DNA of 36,972 bases, from positions 1 to 36,972 of the forward strand of contig CAZDKA010000004.1 of assembly GCA_964505815.1 (NCBI GenBank). The letters are read 5' to 3'. The stretch's first letter is position 1. Each line of letters starts with the position of its first letter. The position numbers and the translations under genes are program-made. This document shows positions 35,352 to 36,972 of this stretch, one piece after another. The stretch comes from an uncultured Candidatus Saccharibacteria bacterium (GTDB lineage Bacteria > Patescibacteriota > Minisyncoccia > Sungbacterales > SURF-37). The notes beneath the pieces were generated by a model. It was not told the DNA's origin, made no database searches, and worked only from the letters and a program-made list of their open reading frames with translations.

Positions 35352-35512
35352 GCGAATTTTATTTACGAGCGTTAGCGAATAACTATAAAATTCAGCACCC
35401 TGTTAAATAGCGCTTCGCGCTAATTTTGCGGAGCAAAATTATTTAACAGGGTAAAGGTTTTCTAGCTAAAATTTGTTCGCCTCCAGCTCCAAATTTTAGA
35501 GAAAGCCCTTTA
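35349..35512 (+). repeat. Composite ACCCTGTTAAATA-family element, empty copy
   Basis: 35394-35461 is identical to 13834-13901; right flank nearly identical to 35072-35149. Confidence 0.85.
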
Positions 35513-36512
35513 GCGCGTTTTTGGCCGGTACCAGGCCGAGATGTTCACAGCCGAGCGCGGTAACAACCCGGCCTCTTGGCGTTCTCTCAATAAATCCTAG
35601 CTGCATTAGATACGGTTCGTAAACCTCCTCAATCGTGTCTTCCTCTTCGGAAGAAGCCGCGGCAAGGGCTTGCAACCCAACCGGGCCGCCGCCGAATTTG
35701 TTTACGATGGTTTCAAGAATTCGCCGATCCGCTGGCTCAAGTCCGATGGAATCAATTTCTAGAAGGTGAAGGGCCGCGATGGCCTCTTTTTCGGTGGCTA
35801 AACCCCCGGAATGAATCTCGGCGTAGTCGCGCACTCTTTTTAAGAGCCGATTCGCGACTCTGGGAGTATAGCGCGAGGCCTCGGCAATTGTCCGCAGGGC
35901 CTTATCATCAATTTTTACATTAAGAAGCGACGAGGAGCGGTGAAGGATTTCTGAAATTTCGTTTTCGGTATAAAAATCCAGCCGAAAGGTTACGCCGAAT
36001 CTGGAACGAAGCGGCGAAGAGATTAGTCCGACCCGCGTAGTGGCGGAAATAAGAGTGAACGGCGGCAGTTCAATCTGGATGGTCCGGGCCGACGGCCCTT
36101 TGCCAATGATGATATCAAGAGTTCGCGTCTCCATTGCCGGATAAAGAATCTCCTCAACCAGTTTATTCAGGCGGTGGGCTTCATCAATAAAAAGGATATC
36201 ATACGGCATCAGGTTGGTGAGTATTGAGGCGAGGTCCCCGACTCGCTCAATCGCCGGCCCCGATGTGACCCGGATATTGGTATTCATTTCCCTTGCAATA
36301 AGGTGGGCTAACGTGGTTTTGCCTAAACCCGCTGGACCGTAGAGGAGAACATGCTCAATCGGTTCGCCCCTCTTTTTGGCGGCGTTAATCAAAATTGCAA
36401 GGTTGTCCTTGATGCGTTTCTGGCCTATATACTCACTCCACTTCTGGGGACGAAGCGCAGAGTCAAGCGAACGGTCTTCTTTCTCCTGTTTTTTTGGTGC
36501 TATTTCATCCAT
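35496..36512 (-). CDS. ruvB: Holliday junction branch-migration helicase RuvB
   Basis: [66 protein letters not shown]. Confidence 0.98.
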   Translation of the reverse strand: MDEIAPKKQEKEDRSLDSALRPQKWSEYIGQKRIKDNLAILINAAKKRGEPIEHVLLYGPAGLGKTTLAHLIAREMNTNIRVTSGPAIERVGDLASILTNLMPYDILFIDEAHRLNKLVEEILYPAMETRTLDIIIGKGPSARTIQIELPPFTLISATTRVGLISSPLRSRFGVTFRLDFYTENEISEILHRSSSLLNVKIDDKALRTIAEASRYTPRVANRLLKRVRDYAEIHSGGLATEKEAIAALHLLEIDSIGLEPADRRILETIVNKFGGGPVGLQALAAASSEEEDTIEEVYEPYLMQLGFIERTPRGRVVTALGCEHLGLVPAKNALKGFL

Positions 36513-36562
36513 AATGGTTGACCCCGCACTTTTCCGCTGGATATCAATGGAAATGTGCGGGA

Positions 36563-36590
36563 TTGACTTTAATTTTTAATCTGATATAAT
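36563..36590 (+). promoter_or_regulatory. Near-consensus sigma70 promoter
   Basis: TTGACT-N16-TATAAT with TGn extension. Confidence 0.6.
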
Positions 36591-36595
36591 ATTAG

Positions 36596-36880
36596 GTAAA
36601 AGGAGGGAAGGCGCACCCTCTCTTTTTCTTTATACCAGGTAGTAGAATTTCGGATAGTAGGGCGTCAGTCGTCTCTGGGCAATTAAGGTTCTCGAAGGGC
36701 CTTAATGGGGCTTTCCTTCGCTGGGTATGCTGGGCCCCCCGACCACTTTTTATAAGTCCCGCTGTAAAAAGTGGTGGGGGGTTCTGGGGTATTTCACAAG
36801 GAAATCCTGACCTCCGCGTTCCCAAACCGGAGCATTGCCCAGAGGTGAGTGGCGCTCTCGGCATACCGTTTCTTTTTCAC
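36596..36880 (+). ncRNA. Candidate structured ncRNA, family unknown
   Basis: Closing stems 36659-36667/36850-36858 and 36673-36683/36834-36844; internal hairpins 36682-36706 and 36735-36781; ends in a U-rich tract; no plus-strand ORF in the track. Confidence 0.45.
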
Positions 36881-36907
36881 GCCTCTTTTTATATGTTATA
36901 TGTGATA

Positions 36908-36972
36908 GCCCAGGGATCCCAAATTTGCCCCCTCGGCAAATTCCTGGGCTCCGCCGAGCTAAGCTCGGCTCC
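36908..36972 (+). repeat. 65-bp palindromic unit, truncated by the window end
   Basis: 63/65 identical to 19615-19679. Confidence 0.85.

Noticed and set aside
259-36864. Numerous short antisense or overlapping ORFs in the six-frame track
   Set aside because: They are shadows of well-supported genes or of repeats, with no independent motifs.
19615-36972. Near-identical repeat pairs as diversity-generating retroelement TR/VR
   Set aside because: No reverse transcriptase in the window; the copies are intergenic palindromes and the few differences are not adenine-specific.

Overview
Chromosomal origin region of a bacterium that looks like a Patescibacteria/CPR (Parcubacteria-type) organism. This is inferred from gene content, the scarcity of Shine-Dalgarno sites and the CPR-type hypothetical proteins. 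Core genes: comM, a LysM/M23 peptidase, pcrA, rsmA, jag-yidC-yidD-rnpA-rpmH, dnaA-(oriC)-dnaN, a class A PBP, tyrS, ruvC, yebC and ruvB. Between rsmA and jag lies a ~14 kb type IV secretion (T4SS)-like cluster (VirB6-like, PrgI, VirB4, VirB2-like pilin and several membrane-anchored proteins) with no relaxase, coupling protein or integrase in the window. Most intergenic space is filled by several families of short palindromic elements with terminal inverted repeats (TIRs) that abut or supply start and stop codons. One copy carries a GIY-YIG nuclease remnant whose own 3' end encodes the TIR, suggesting a nuclease-linked family of miniature mobile elements. Two promoter-driven, highly structured non-coding regions (~1740-2070 minus, ~36596-36880 plus) are candidate ncRNAs. 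All family assignments come from motif recognition by eye; no database search was run.
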